In this document: one piece after another, positions 1-12,328 of the stretch
Position numbering within the stretch: the stretch's first letter is position 1
Layout of the letters: each line of letters opens with the position of its first letter
From: Octopus vulgaris
Taxonomy: Eukaryota
Assembly (NCBI GenBank): GCA_951406725.2
Contig: OX597825.1
Span: forward strand, 10,974,001-11,038,000
Reading direction: 5' to 3'
DNA length: 64,000 nt
The notes under the pieces: model-generated
Database searches by the model: none
Told to the model about the DNA's origin: nothing
The model's input: the letters and a program-made list of their open reading frames with translations, nothing else
Program-made: the position numbers and the translations under genes

Positions 1-277
1 ATATGTAACATGGTATAAATTGACAATCACACACACACACACACACACATGTATATTTATGCACACACATACACACATTGATTCATATGGAATTTGTTGA
101 GGTAGAAATTTTATAGCCAGATGCACTCCCTGGCACTGAACCTCACCTGTTTCCAGGTAAGGTAAAACTATCCCCTTTGACTGGGTGTGTTTCCACGGAA
201 TGCTAATGAATGTTAGGGTTCCTGGGATGGTGACTCTCACAATTATCATATAAAGTCGAGACAAAGAGATAAACACA

Positions 278-324
<47 letters not shown>

Positions 325-326
<2 letters not shown>

Positions 327-457
327 TTCAGTTTCCATCAACCAACTCCATTCACAAGGTTCCGGTTGGTTCTGGGCTACATTGGAGGGCATTTTCCCAA
401 GGTGACACATGGTGGGCCTGGACCCAAAACCATGTGATTGTGAAGGAGACATCTTAA
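325..457 (-). mobile_element. Degenerate 5' part of OK-like tRNA-derived SINE
   Basis: Diverged match to the head of the intact copy at 13402-13812, next to a (CA)n run. Confidence 0.6.
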
Positions 458-660
458 ACCTTTATCATTCAGATTATTCTGTAAAATGTTTTGTTTATTT
501 ATTTACATTGTTTTGATTTAATCACACTTTATCTCATAGCTTTATGATTTCAATGATGTGATTGTTACTTTTTAGAATGACATTGTAAGGTAAGTGTGAA
601 AGGCCAGACCTTGCTGGTTTGAACATAAAACAGGTAGAATATTTTTTCCGGATATGGCTT
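454..660. mobile_element. piggyBac-like (TTAA) MITE fragment
   Basis: Starts TTAAACCTTTATCATTCAGATTA, resembling the TTAA-CCCTTT ends of an octopus MITE family I recall; right end not intact. Confidence 0.45.
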
Positions 661-688
661 GCATATCCGGAAGAAAATATTCTACCTT

Positions 689-689
<1 letters not shown>

Positions 690-763
<74 letters not shown>

Positions 764-773
764 CACACACACA
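690..773. repeat. (CA)n microsatellite
   Basis: Directly visible. Confidence 0.98.
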
Positions 774-864
774 AAGGAATTCATACATTGATAAGTGCCA
801 CTGCATGAAACACCTGGCCCTTGAGTCACTGCATAAACTCTATTGATTAAATAAAAGATATGGT

Positions 865-1107
865 GGCATCCTGTTGGTTGCAACGATGAGGGTTCCAGTT
901 GATCCAATCAACAGAACAGCCAGCTTGTGAAATTAAAGTGTAAGTGGCTGAGCACTCCACAGACATAAGTACCCTTAACGTAATTCTCAGGGAGATTTAG
1001 CATGACACAGTGTATGACAAGGCAGGCCCTTTGAAAAACGGGTACAACAGAAACAAGAGGAAAGAGTGAGAGAAAGTTGTGCTGAAAGAGTACAGCAGGG
1101 TTCACCC
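865..1107 (-). mobile_element. OR-type SINE 3' portion
   Basis: Shares AAAGAGTACAGCAGGG block with the SINE at 45201-45493; the rest resembles the OR1-type tail. Confidence 0.55.
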
Positions 1108-1120
1108 ATTGTTTGTTTGT

Positions 1121-1472
1121 ATAATAATACTGAAATTATTGTATACAGTGCTCAGGTGCACCATAACTTGTCAAAAGTGCGTATAAAGCGTATGCAGTAA
1201 AGTACAAATGTCTGGGAAGTGAACAGTGTATGAGTCAGATACATGCTTATGTGTGTATGGAGGGGAGAAAATCGGGTGTAGTGTTGGCGAATCTCAGGAA
1301 GCATGCAAGTTTTGAAGGATGCAGGGCTCCGACAACTAACAACTGATGCTGGCAGTTTGTTCCATGCTTCAGCAACTCTTAGCATGAAAAAATGTTTCCG
1401 AAAGTCATGGGAGCTGTGCTGTTTTTTGACTTTGTAAATATGTCCACGGGTGTTAGACGGGTGGAGTTTGAA
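1121..1472 (-). mobile_element. CR1-clade LINE 3' end
   Basis: Minus strand reads LRVAEAWNKLPASVVSCRSPASFK (CR1 ORF2 C-terminal RV..WN.LP motif) with a short (TTA)n tail; closely matches 28341-28690. Confidence 0.85.
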
Positions 1473-1685
1473 TGTATGTATGTATGTATGTATATGTTTG
1501 TGTGTGTGTCTGTATTTGTCCCCCTACCATCACTTGACAACTGATGTTGGTGTGCTAACGTCCCTGTAACTTGGTGGTTCAGCAAAAGAAACTGATAGAA
1601 TAAGTACTACTGGGGGTGATTTGTTCGACTACAGGTGGTGTTCCAGCATGGCCGCAGTCAAATGACTGAAACAACAAAAAGAATA
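1473..1685 (+). mobile_element. OK-like SINE 3' half
   Basis: Ends CCAGCATGGCCGCAGTCAAATGACTGAAACAA like other copies. Confidence 0.8.
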
Positions 1686-1699
1686 TAATAGTAATAATT

Positions 1700-1897
1700 A
1701 TTATTTCCAAATTTTGCCACAAGGGAGGTGGAGATGAGTTGATTACATTGACCCCAGTGTTCAACTGGTACTTATTTTATTGACCCCGAAAGGATGAAAG
1801 TCAAAGTCAACCTCAGTGGAATTTGAACATAGCGACGGGCAAAATATCGCTAAGCATTTCATCCAGCATGCTAATGATTCTGCCAGCTCACTACCTT
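1700..1897 (-). mobile_element. Meta-domain-like tRNA-derived SINE
   Basis: Reverse complement of CTTTCATCCTTTCGGGGTCAATAAAATAAGTACCAG core plus head; homologous to 2885-3115. Confidence 0.75.
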
Positions 1898-1898
1898 C

Positions 1899-1899
<1 letters not shown>

Positions 1900-1944
<45 letters not shown>

Positions 1945-1990
1945 TGAGCTTATTGTAAGCTGTGCTCAGGTGCAATACAACTCATCAGAA
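1900..1990 (-). mobile_element. Short CR1 3' terminal fragment with (AAT)n
   Basis: TATTGTAAGCTGTGCTCAGGTGCA resembles the CR1 tail at 1137-1165. Confidence 0.55.
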
Positions 1991-1995
1991 AAGGT

Positions 1996-2058
<63 letters not shown>

Positions 2059-2064
2059 TAATGA

Positions 2065-2341
2065 TTATCATCATTTAGTGTTCATTGTCCATGCTAGCAT
2101 GGGTAAGACAGTTTGACTGGAGCTGGTAAGCCTGAGAGCTGCCCTGGGCTCCAGTCTGTTTTGGCTTGATTTCTAAGGCTGGGTGCCCTTCCTAATGCCA
2201 ACCACTCCACAGAGTTTACTGGATGCCTTTTACATGTCACTGGCACAGGTGCCCTTCACATGTCACTGGCATGAGTACCTTTTACGTGTCGTTGGCACAG
2301 GTGCCTTTTACATGTCACAGGCACAGGTGCCTTTTATGTAC

Positions 2342-2342
<1 letters not shown>
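2065..2342 (-). mobile_element. RTE LINE 3' tail, degenerate
   Basis: CCATGCTAGCATGGG...GCCCTTCCTAATGCCAACCAC motif plus ~25-bp repeats. Confidence 0.75.
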
Positions 2343-2379
<37 letters not shown>

Positions 2380-2884
2380 GATAAGTGTATGTTTCTTTGT
2401 CTAACCTTCTTCTGCTTCTAATCATTTGTATGTACGTGTGTGTGTGTGTGTGTGCATATATACACATACATACATATATATATACACACACACATTTTAT
2501 TTATTTACTTGCTTTTCTCCTTTTTTTTTTCAGGTGTGGGGATTGTTTGTTGTTTTTCTTTTAAAAGTTTGTATTTGTTTAATAAGTCAACCTTGGTTGA
2601 TCACAATCAGTGTGAATATGTAGAAGTATGCATACACAGATTATGTCTTATCAGCAGAATTCAAGATTGTTCTTAGAAAAGGGTTGGAAGGTGAAGTGTT
2701 TGAAAATGATAAGTATTAACTATCTGAGCTTTATGTTTCTGCTCTCTTATGGCTTGGGTCATCGAGGACATCAGAGAGGTCTTGAAAAAATACCTATAGT
2801 TTACCTTACTCACAGACCCCAGTCAAAAGGCAAAAAATGCTGTCCTTTTATGAAAGTTTTTTCCTCAATTATATAAACAAACAA

Positions 2885-3115
2885 GGCGGTGAGCTGGCAG
2901 GAATGTTAGCACGCCGGGCGAAATGCTTAGCAGTATTTCGTCTGTCGTTACATTCTGAGTTCAAATTCCGCCGAGGCCGACTTTGCCTTTCATTCATTCG
3001 GGGTCGATAAATTAAGTACCAGTTACGCACTGGGGTCGATGTAATCAACTTAATCCGTTTGTCTGTCCTTGTTTGTCCCCTCTATGTTTAGCCCCTTGTG
3101 GGTAATAAAAAAAAA
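2885..3115 (+). mobile_element. Full-length Meta-domain-like SINE with 15-bp TSD
   Basis: tRNA-like head with GAGTTCAAATTCC B-box-like motif, A-rich tail, TATATAAACAAACAA at 2870-2884 and 3116-3130. Confidence 0.88.
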
Positions 3116-3194
3116 TATATAAACAAACAAATGTTTGGTAGTTAAATGCCTGTGTTCTCTCCTTATTGACGGGTTTTCCATACCAGTCCAAGAT

Positions 3195-3413
3195 AGGAGA
3201 GGGTGCTGAAAGTTCCTGGTTTTAGGTAAAAGAAAATACACGAGGATCATTTAATTATGATTTTATTCAACATATTCCCCTCTCAGATTCACGCGTTTAT
3301 TGCAGTGGTCCTTCAGTTTTTCTAAGCCCTATATAAAGAACTCAGAAAGTCGGGACTCCAAACAGGCCTTTCGCGACACCCTTAAAGCCAGGAACTTTTC
3401 AGCACCCACTTGT
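3195..3413. mobile_element. Mariner-like MITE
   Basis: Inverted ends GGGTGCTGAAAGTTCCTGG / CCAGGAACTTTTCAGCACCC. Confidence 0.75.
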
Positions 3414-4247
3414 CCCTGTGTCTTTCCCCACAAAGTTAAGGTTACATTTTTATATCATTCATATTTAGTATTATGGATGAGGGCACAAGTTTTCCCATGT
3501 TTTAATTCCAAATGCACATTTGGACTCATTGAATTTCATTCCAATATCTATTTTAAAAAGTACCTATATTTTACCTTACTTACAAACCCTTGTCAAAAGG
3601 GAAAAAATGTGTTTTTAAAAAAGTGCTTTTCTCAATTATATAAATAACCAAATGTTTGGTGGTTAAATATTAACAAGTTTTTCTTTACAAGTAAGTGAAA
3701 GAAAAACTAAAATTTGCTAAACCAACATCATCACCATGATCATACTCATCATTTTCCATTAATTTTTCATGTTGGTATGGCTTAGATAGGTTGTCATAGT
3801 TACAGCTAGTTCATAGTTGTAATTACTGTTCTTCTGAAAGACTCTCTGACTTGTACATTCCATTTTAGTATAGTTTCAATTGCTGTATTTCTTTTCTAAC
3901 ACCGCCACTAAACAGAAGGTATTGAGTGTGTTTTGTGGCACCAACACTAGAGAGGTCATCCTGTCCACAGCAAAGCAAAAACATATATCCCTGCTCAATG
4001 TTGTCTTAATTTGTTCTCCATTCCCACTGGTCTATAGAGTGTTTTAATTGTGGTACATGTATTATGTACAACACACACGGCATTTGATTCCTGTAAGCAA
4101 CATTATGTTTTTTTTGTCTTCTGCATTAGATATATACATATAATGGTATACATTGTCTTGTTGAGACTGAGTTCCTCATTGGCTCATTGACAAATGACTA
4201 GTTTGTATAATCTGAAGCTTGATAGTCAAGGCATCTAATATGGACAG

Positions 4248-4430
4248 TTAGCCCTTTCATTACCAACCTGGCTGAAACCAGCTCTGGCTATGTAGTACAA
4301 ATATCTTGTTTTCATAAGTTTTGAATTCAAATCTTCTACCAAACTTTAGTCAGAATTTATGTTCCTAACTCTAGCTGAATGATAACTAAGTTATTTTACT
4401 AAATTCTCTGTTATATTTACAATTAATGCC
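4248..4430. mobile_element. piggyBac-like MITE fragment
   Basis: Begins TTAGCCCTTTCATTACCAACC, resembling a recalled TTAACCCTTT-ended family. Confidence 0.4.
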
Positions 4431-4652
4431 AAAATGTTTAGAAATTTCTGTCGAACTATTTTGGAGTAGCGTGCGTATTGTGAAAAATTATATTGGTAAT
4501 GGACAATGTGTCTAATTTCGGCATATTTAGCATTAGAAATTTTTTTTGTTTGCCCTCATTTATAAGTTGTTTATAAATTTAACCTTTAAAGGTATTTTTT
4601 AATATGCTGGCCATTGATATAATTTTTTTCGAAAAATTTTATCTTACATTAA

Positions 4653-4728
<76 letters not shown>

Positions 4729-4749
4729 ATGTATGTCTGTTGTGTATCT

Positions 4750-5012
4750 TTTTGTGTTTACTTGTTTCACTCATTGGATTGTGACTCAACCCCAATACTT
4801 GTTCAATTGATATCTTTAGCTGAATCACTAAGTTACAGTAACATAAACAAACCAACACACACACACACGTATGTGTAAGTCTTTGTCCTTCCCCAGCAGC
4901 TTGATGATTCTAGTTGGCCTGGGGTTATATAAAAAGACACACAAGGTGCCATGCAGTGGAACTAAACCTGGAACCATGTGGTTGCAAAGTGAAATTCTTC
5001 AGCTCTACCTGC
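4750..5012 (-). mobile_element. Degenerate OK-like SINE
   Basis: Diverged match to 13402-13812. Confidence 0.65.
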
Positions 5013-5329
5013 ACACACACACACACACACACAAATATCTATGAGAATCCACTAAGAAATTAGTATTAAGCAAAATTAATAGGTAGGGTTTTTATGTTCT
5101 TGTCTGTGACATTTAACTTTCTGTAATCCAATTCTTTAAACTGTTAATTTCTACAATAAAAGGGGACATCTCAACACCTGTAAGCAGCATGAGCGCAGAG
5201 TTAAAAAATATTAAAAAAAAAACCCCAAAATCAAGTTTTTCATTTGCTGGCCCCACTTAGATCTAATTTACCTATTACTTCTTTCATGTGCGGAAAATAA
5301 GCTCTGCCAAGCCAAACTTGTTCTAGATG

Positions 5330-5820
5330 CAAAACACACACACGCACAAACATGTGCGCATGCACACACACACACACACACGCGCACACACACATACACA
5401 CAAACACACAATCACACACACACACACTCACACACACACAATCACACGCACACAAACATATGTGCATGCACACACACACACGCACACACACACAAACATG
5501 TGTATGTGTGCACACACACAATCACACAAACACACGCACACACAAACATGTGCGCATGCACACACACACACACATCACATGCACACACACGCACACAAAC
5601 ATATGCGCATGCACACACACAATCACACACATACACACACACACAAACATGTGCGCATGCACACACACACACACACAATCACATGCACACAAACATATGC
5701 GCATGCACACACACAATCACACACATACGCACACACACATACACAATCACACACATACACAATCACACACATACACACACAGACAAACATGTGCGCATGC
5801 ACACACACAATCACACACAT

Positions 5821-5854
<34 letters not shown>

Positions 5855-5980
5855 ACACACATACACACACACACAAACATGTGCGCATGCACACACACAA
5901 TAACACGCACACAAACATGTGTGTATGCACACACACACACATACGCAATCACACACATACACACACAGACAAACACATGC

Positions 5981-6018
<38 letters not shown>
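5330..6018. repeat. Complex CA-derived minisatellite
   Basis: Recurring ACAAACATGTGCGCATGC and ACAATCACAC motifs between (CA)n runs. Confidence 0.95.
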
Positions 6019-6019
<1 letters not shown>

Positions 6020-6349
6020 TAAAAAAACTGCCCCGAGTGGTATTACTAAAAACTCCATGGCTTTACGGAACCCATTAATTCTCTCTCTCTCACTTTGTTT
6101 TTGCTCCGTTTCTATCATTTTCTTTCTACCTGGAATAAATCTTTGAGATAATTAGAAGACTTTTTTATCTATTTAGTTGTTGTCAGCTCGTTGTCATTTG
6201 AAATACACTAAATCAGCCGCCAACACCATCGACCCCCCCCCCCCCATAACCATCCCTACCCAACAACATTGACAATCAACAGTGCCACAATAACCAAAAC
6301 ATATCTCATTGGTGGTTGCTTCTCTTCAAAGGAAAAAACAGAATATAAG

Positions 6350-6990
6350 AGGTGGTGGTGGTGGTGGCGGTGGTGGTGGTGGTGTTGGTGGTTGTGGTTG
6401 TGGTGGTGATGGTGGGTAGTGGTGGTGGTGGTGGTGGTGGTGGTGGTGGTGGTGGTGGTGGTGGTGGTGGTGGTGGTGGTGGTAGTGGTGGTGGTGGTGG
6501 TGGTCGTGGTGGTGGTGGTGGTGGTGGTGGTGGTTGTGGTGGTGGTGGTGGTGGTAGTGGTAGTGGTTGTTGTTGTTGTTGTTGTTGTTGTGGTGGTGGT
6601 GGTGGTGGTAGTGGTGGTGGTGGTGGTGGTGGTGGTGGTTGTGGTGGTGGGTGGGGTGGTGGTGGTGGTGGTGGTTGTGGTGGTGGTGGTGGTTGTGGTG
6701 GTGGTGGTGGTGGTAGTGGTGGTAGTGGTGGTTGTGGTGGTGGTCGTGGTGGTGGTCGTGGTGGTGGTGGTGGTTGTAGTGGTTGCGGTGGTGGTAGTGG
6801 TAGTGGTAGTGGTTGTGGTGGTTGTGGTGGTTGTGGTGGTTGTGGTGGTGGTGGTGGTGGTGGTTGTGGTGATGGTGGTGGTTGTGATGGTAGTGGTGGT
6901 GGTTGTGGCGGTGGTAGTGGTTGTGGTGGTGGTGGTGGTGGTGGTTGTGGTGATGTTAGTGGTTGTGGTGATTGCCGTGGTGGTGGTTGA
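6350..6990. repeat. (GGT)n trinucleotide array with AGT/TGT/CGT variants
   Basis: Directly visible, ~640 bp. Confidence 0.97.
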
Positions 6991-7727
6991 GGTGAAAATA
7001 ATTAGGGAAAGTAGATCCTATCATGTATTTAATTTCTAATTATCTCTGGACCAAGATAATGAGAAATAATAAGGGATCACCATATTTGTCATTAACTAAT
7101 TACTTTAAGTACAGAGAATGAGCTTTATCTGTTTCTTAACAAGAGAATATTTTTTCTGTATTGGTAATTATGAATGTATGCGTGCGTGTGTGTGTGTGTT
7201 AAATGTATGTATGTGTATGTGAGTATAGGTGTGTGTGTATGTCATTGAGAATGTGCATGTGTGTGTGTATGTGTGCATGCATTTCTTAGAAAGTGTATAT
7301 GTAACTGAAAGAATATAATTACCTGTATATACACTGAGTGCGTAAAATGTTTTAACTTGGATCTGTAAATATCTACAATATGAAAATTAGAACAGCATGT
7401 ATGTGTATACACATGAATGTATATAGGCATTATCTTCATCAGGAGCACCTATAAGTGTATATACATCTCTAAGGCAGTGCCCCAGCATGGCCGCGGTCTA
7501 ATGACTGAAAGAAGTAAAAGGTAAAAAAAGATAAAAGATTACAAACGTATGAAAGCGCTAATTGAACTTCATGAACATTACAAAATATTTTTTTAATGTT
7601 TAACACACTTCAACATTGTAAAAAAAATAATATTTTTTTAAAATACCGTAATAAAACATGAAAACCAGACCATGTTTTTAACTTTATTCAGCTGATATAT
7701 TATTCTATACATATTTACACAAATTTG

Positions 7728-7792
7728 GAATATATATATACACACACACACACACATATATATATGTATATATATGTGTGTATATATGTATA

Positions 7793-7839
<47 letters not shown>

Positions 7840-7878
7840 GTGTGTGTGTATGTACATATATATATATACATATATATA

Positions 7879-7956
<78 letters not shown>

Positions 7957-7975
7957 TGTGTATATATATATACAT
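7728..7975. repeat. Compound (TA)n/(TG)n/(TATG)n microsatellite
   Basis: Directly visible. Confidence 0.97.
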
Positions 7976-7997
7976 ATCATGTAATATATCATGCATA

Positions 7998-8160
7998 GAT
8001 GCAGGCGTAACTGCGTGGTAAGAAGCTTGCATTTCAAACACATGGTTCTGGGTTCAGTCCCACAGCAGGGCACTTTGGGCAAGTATTTTCTACTATAGCC
8101 ATGGGCCAACCAAAGCCTTGTGAGTGGATTTGGTAGATAGAAACTGAAAGAAGCTTGTTG
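7998..8160 (+). mobile_element. OK-like SINE 5' half
   Basis: B-box-like GGGTTCAGTCCC and CCTTGTGAGTGGATTTGGTAGA. Confidence 0.85.
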
Positions 8161-8232
8161 CATATATATATATATATATGGCATATATATATATATGGCA
8201 TATATATATATGTTGCATATATATATATATAT

Positions 8233-8430
8233 ATGGCACGTAAAAAGGTGCAGGTGGCACGTAAAAAGCACCCACTACACTCACGGAGTGGTTGGCGTTA
8301 GGAAGGGCATCCAGCTGTAGAAACATTGCCAAATTAGACTGGAGCCTGGTGCAGCCTTCTGGCTTCCCAGAACCCCGGTCGAACCGTCCAACCCATGCTA
8401 GCATGGAGAACGGACGTTAAACGACGATGA

Positions 8431-8432
<2 letters not shown>
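8233..8432 (+). mobile_element. RTE LINE 3' tail within a (TA)n tract
   Basis: GTTGGCGTTAGGAAGGGCATCCAGC...ACCCATGCTAGCATGG...(GAT)n. Confidence 0.85.
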
Positions 8433-8475
<43 letters not shown>

Positions 8476-9201
8476 TGCACATTAATCTCATGGGTAGGCT
8501 GTTCTGCTGATTGAAGCAACAAGGCTATGTTGACATAACCAAACAAAGGGCCAATTTGTTTATTTTTGTTATAGTTATTTTTAGAGGCCTTGTACCTATA
8601 TCAGAAATCAATATCCTTAATAGTTACATACTGAGCCTCACATTCTGTGGAACCAACTTTTTAAGACAATTTCAATTTTAGATAAAAAAAAAAACACTTT
8701 TGCTTTCCTTATTGTAATGATATCTTTGAAAACTGTGCTGAATCTGGTGGGAAAGGTGATGTAAAGGAGTGGGTGAAAAGTTCTTAGATGTCATACACTT
8801 ATGAGTCCTCATGTCAAACTTTTGGTGTGATTTATTCCCTCTGTGATTTGGGTCCCTTGTGTCAAGCACTTAAGCACTACCTTCTCACTGAACTGGTCCA
8901 ATTATTTTTGTCGCTTCAGTGTCACAACATGTTTCCTATGACATCAATACAAATTTAAAACCATGGCTACCATCCTTACATAGGAAATATAGCCTGTTTA
9001 CATCTCCATTGATGTTTCTAGTTTCACCGAGCAGCTTGTGAGTTCATATGTCTATCTTGTTGAGCTGCTGCAGCAACCAGTTTAGAAGGCCAGATGTGGA
9101 TACGAAAATAGACACTGTGGGTAATATGCTTGTTAAACTCTTTTGAAGTTAAAGGTCCTCGTTTTCTCTTTATTGATGGGTTTTCCATACCAGTCCAAGA
9201 T

Positions 9202-9416
9202 AGGAGAGGGTGCTGAAATTTCCTGGTTTTAGGTAAAAAATCAAGGAGGATCATTTCATTATGATTTTATTCAACATATTCCCCTCTCAGATTCACACAC
9301 TTATTGCAGTAGTCCTTCAGTATTTCTAAGCCTTGCAAAAGAACTCAGAATGTCAGGCCTTCAGCCAGGCATTTCATGATACTCTTAAAGCCAGCAACTT
9401 TTCAGTATCCACTTGT
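9202..9416. mobile_element. Mariner-like MITE, second copy with the same flanks
   Basis: Homologous to 3195-3413 including flanks. Confidence 0.7.
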
Positions 9417-9932
9417 CCCTGTGTCTTTCCCCAGAAAGTTAAGGTTACATTTTTATATCATTGATATTTAGTATTATGGATGAGGGCACAAATTTTCCCA
9501 TGTTTTAACTCCAAATGCACACTTGGACTCATTGAATTTCATTCCAATATGTCTTGGGAATTGGGTTATGAAGTCCAGATGTAATTAATACTTGACCCAT
9601 ACAGCCTCAGATCATCAAAAAAGAAAAGGGAAGAGGTATTACTGGATCCCTTCCTTTAGCTGGTATGTTTCATGATTAGGTATGGCAGAGGGTTTAATAA
9701 AAGAAAAAATGGTGATTATGACAGATGCCTTGAAGGATGCTTTTTTGGTAGTGTCAGGGGTCAGATTTGATATGTTCATTGTTAGCTCTAAGAATTAGGA
9801 GGAGTACCAGGTGGATGGCAGCTACTGGTAGTGGTGGGAGTTTGTTTAATGGCAGTGCTTTGGAAATCTACCCATGTGGTATGCTGTAAAAGACTTTCTG
9901 GTAGTCCACACACATGTATGTATGTATGTATG

Positions 9933-10485
9933 TCAGGTCACTTTCGAGTGCTACTGGTAACATGTAACCCACTACAACCTGTTGCATGGTCGGGTCGTCG
10001 GCAACTAAACTGGCAACTCCACCAAGCTTGCTTGGTGAGGAGGGTGTTTATTGGACACCCTGTGGGATGAAAAACAAAACCCGTCAAAGGGCGGAGGAAC
10101 TCTTGAGAGACAACGGCCATCCAATAAATGTCTTAAGGCTGTATCATGCGCAGGGACATAGAAATAATCGGACTGAATACCCGATCGCGCGGTTAAACCA
10201 TTGGGAGTGAAGGACTCCTAGCCTTTGTTAGGACATCCTTCTAGGAGAGGGTAACTCAGGTAACTGGGATAACTCTGACATAAAACCTGCGGCTCAGTGG
10301 TTACCGATGATGTTGACTTGTTCTTCTTTTTGGATTATGACTGCTGTTGTTTAGTGAGTGGGATTGACTCAGTGCACAGCCTTTCCTCACTTTAAAAAAT
10401 ATCTTCTTGCACAGGCATTGCACGATAACAACATTGATTAAGCTTTGTGCAATGTTCATACTCAATAATGAGGGGGCAGCCACCA
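9933..10485 (+). mobile_element. Non-coding ~550-bp interspersed element flanked by (TATG)n, possibly RTE-derived
   Basis: GC-richer CpG-retaining block between two (TATG)n tracts; CTAGGAGAGGGTAACTC resembles an RTE 5'UTR motif. Confidence 0.5.
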
Positions 10486-10585
10486 TGTATGTATGTATTA
10501 TGTATGTATGTATGTATGTATGTATGTATGTATGTATGTATGTATGTATGCATGCATGTATGTATGTATGTATGTATGTATGTGT
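10485..10585. repeat. (TATG)n microsatellite
   Basis: Directly visible. Confidence 0.98.
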
Positions 10586-10734
10586 ATATTTATATCATTG
10601 TCATATATCAATGAAGGAGGTAAACATCAGTGCCCCTCCCTCCAAGAAAAAACCCCTCTTCTCCCCACCCCAGTTGTTTCAGTGAAGCCCAAACTCCTGA
10701 CACTCCTTTGCTACCCTCCCCCATTTGATATTCA

Positions 10735-12320
10735 GTAAACCAGTGATTAGTCCCTTGGAAACTCATAAACATTGGTGCTCTTGGCTACAAACTGTCATGG
10801 ACAAGAAAAGAAACAAGACAGAAACGAGAAGTTTTTAAATTTATCACTCTGAGGTACATGACTCAATGTTGAAATAAGTGAAATCAAACACCTAGGAAGA
10901 GTGTACACAAAAATATGTATATTATTAAAGAGGGATTGACACACAATATCAATAAATTTATTATGCTTCAGTAATAAAACCTATCCTTATAGTTGCTTTG
11001 AAGTTTGTTAAAATCATAATCAATATAAATAACATCAAAATAGAAACAATACTGCAAGCAAAAAAATCACTCCTCTTTCACAACAATGCTTTCCAGATTA
11101 AGGAAAACATTAAAGAACCAATTCATGTAAGCATGGGATCAAACAATTCAGCAGAGATAAGTGACATTGTGGATCTTTACGTATTTAGGAAAATTACACA
11201 ACAAATTTTGATCTGTCTCAGATTGTCTATAAAGGGATGATGGTCTATTCTTACTAAGAAAATATGACCCACAAAAAAAACTGATAAATTTAGGAAGGAT
11301 CTACATCATTTCGAAAATTTGGGCTTCTCATTCATAGTAGAAACACAACTAAAGTTAGTCAACTTCCTAGATGTTAGTCTTGACCTGGAATCAAGTATCT
11401 ATAAACCATATAAAAAAGATAATAAAAATATTTAGTATGTACATAAACAATCCACCCTAAAATCATTATCAAAAACCTATAAAAACATATCCTTCAGACT
11501 TTTCTCTTTATCTTCAAATGAAAAAAATACTAAATGAAATAGTAACTCCATATAATGAAGCTCCCAATAATCATGGTTAAAAGTAAAAAAGTGTAATATA
11601 TAAGCAGCAATCCTGCCACAATAAATAAAATACATAAGAATAGAAAAAGGAAGATTATCTGGTATAATCACCCCTTTAACATACGTGTCTCCACATCTAT
11701 AGCTAAATTATTTTTCAAAATATTGCAGAAAGACTTCCATCCCAACTACTAGTATTACAAACTAATAAACAAACATAATTTGTTATATTTCACTACAAAC
11801 AACTTTAAGAAAGACTGCAGACAAATTGTCTCAAATTGAAAACCTAAACCACACACACACTGCAATTGTAGAACACCTTCATCCTGCCCTCAACAAGGAA
11901 AATGTCTCTCAAGAAATATCATATATTGCACAACGGTAACAACAAACATGACACCAACTACTATATCTACATTCATAGGTTCTACAGTAAACAAAAGTAA
12001 AAGGATTAAATTCAATAATAACAAAAGCAGCAAAATTATTGTCACATCTTGTGCCTCCCCAACAAAAGAGAAATACCTAAAGGCTTAGTTATAAAGTTAT
12101 ACATAGATGAATAACTTTTCAACAATAACATAACCCCAAATCTAATCAATTAAAATTTCTCCAAAACACCTCTCCATAACAACCAACCATAAAAAACTAA
12201 TTACCACCCCACTCAAACCTACTCACACTCAATGGAGACTGTATAAAGGCAAGACTAAGTCTAATGCATCGCAGTCTGACAATGGCTTAGATGGATGAAA
12301 CTTTGAAGTCACTGTTTACA
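10735..12320 (+). mobile_element. Decayed Penelope-like retroelement (RT plus start of GIY-YIG region)
   Basis: Broken frames give VSMGSNNSAEISDIVDLY, VNFLDVSLDLESSIYKPYKK, RKRKIIWYNHPFN and CNCRTPSSCPQQGKCLSRNIIY, the motif order of Penelope-like RT/EN; many stops and frameshifts. Confidence 0.85.
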
Positions 12321-12328
12321 ATATTCTT

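Noticed and set aside
246-8271. Numerous HT/CV/YI-repeat ORFs in the track, also elsewhere in the window
   Set aside because: Translations of (CA)n, (TG)n and (TA)n microsatellites, open in several frames at once
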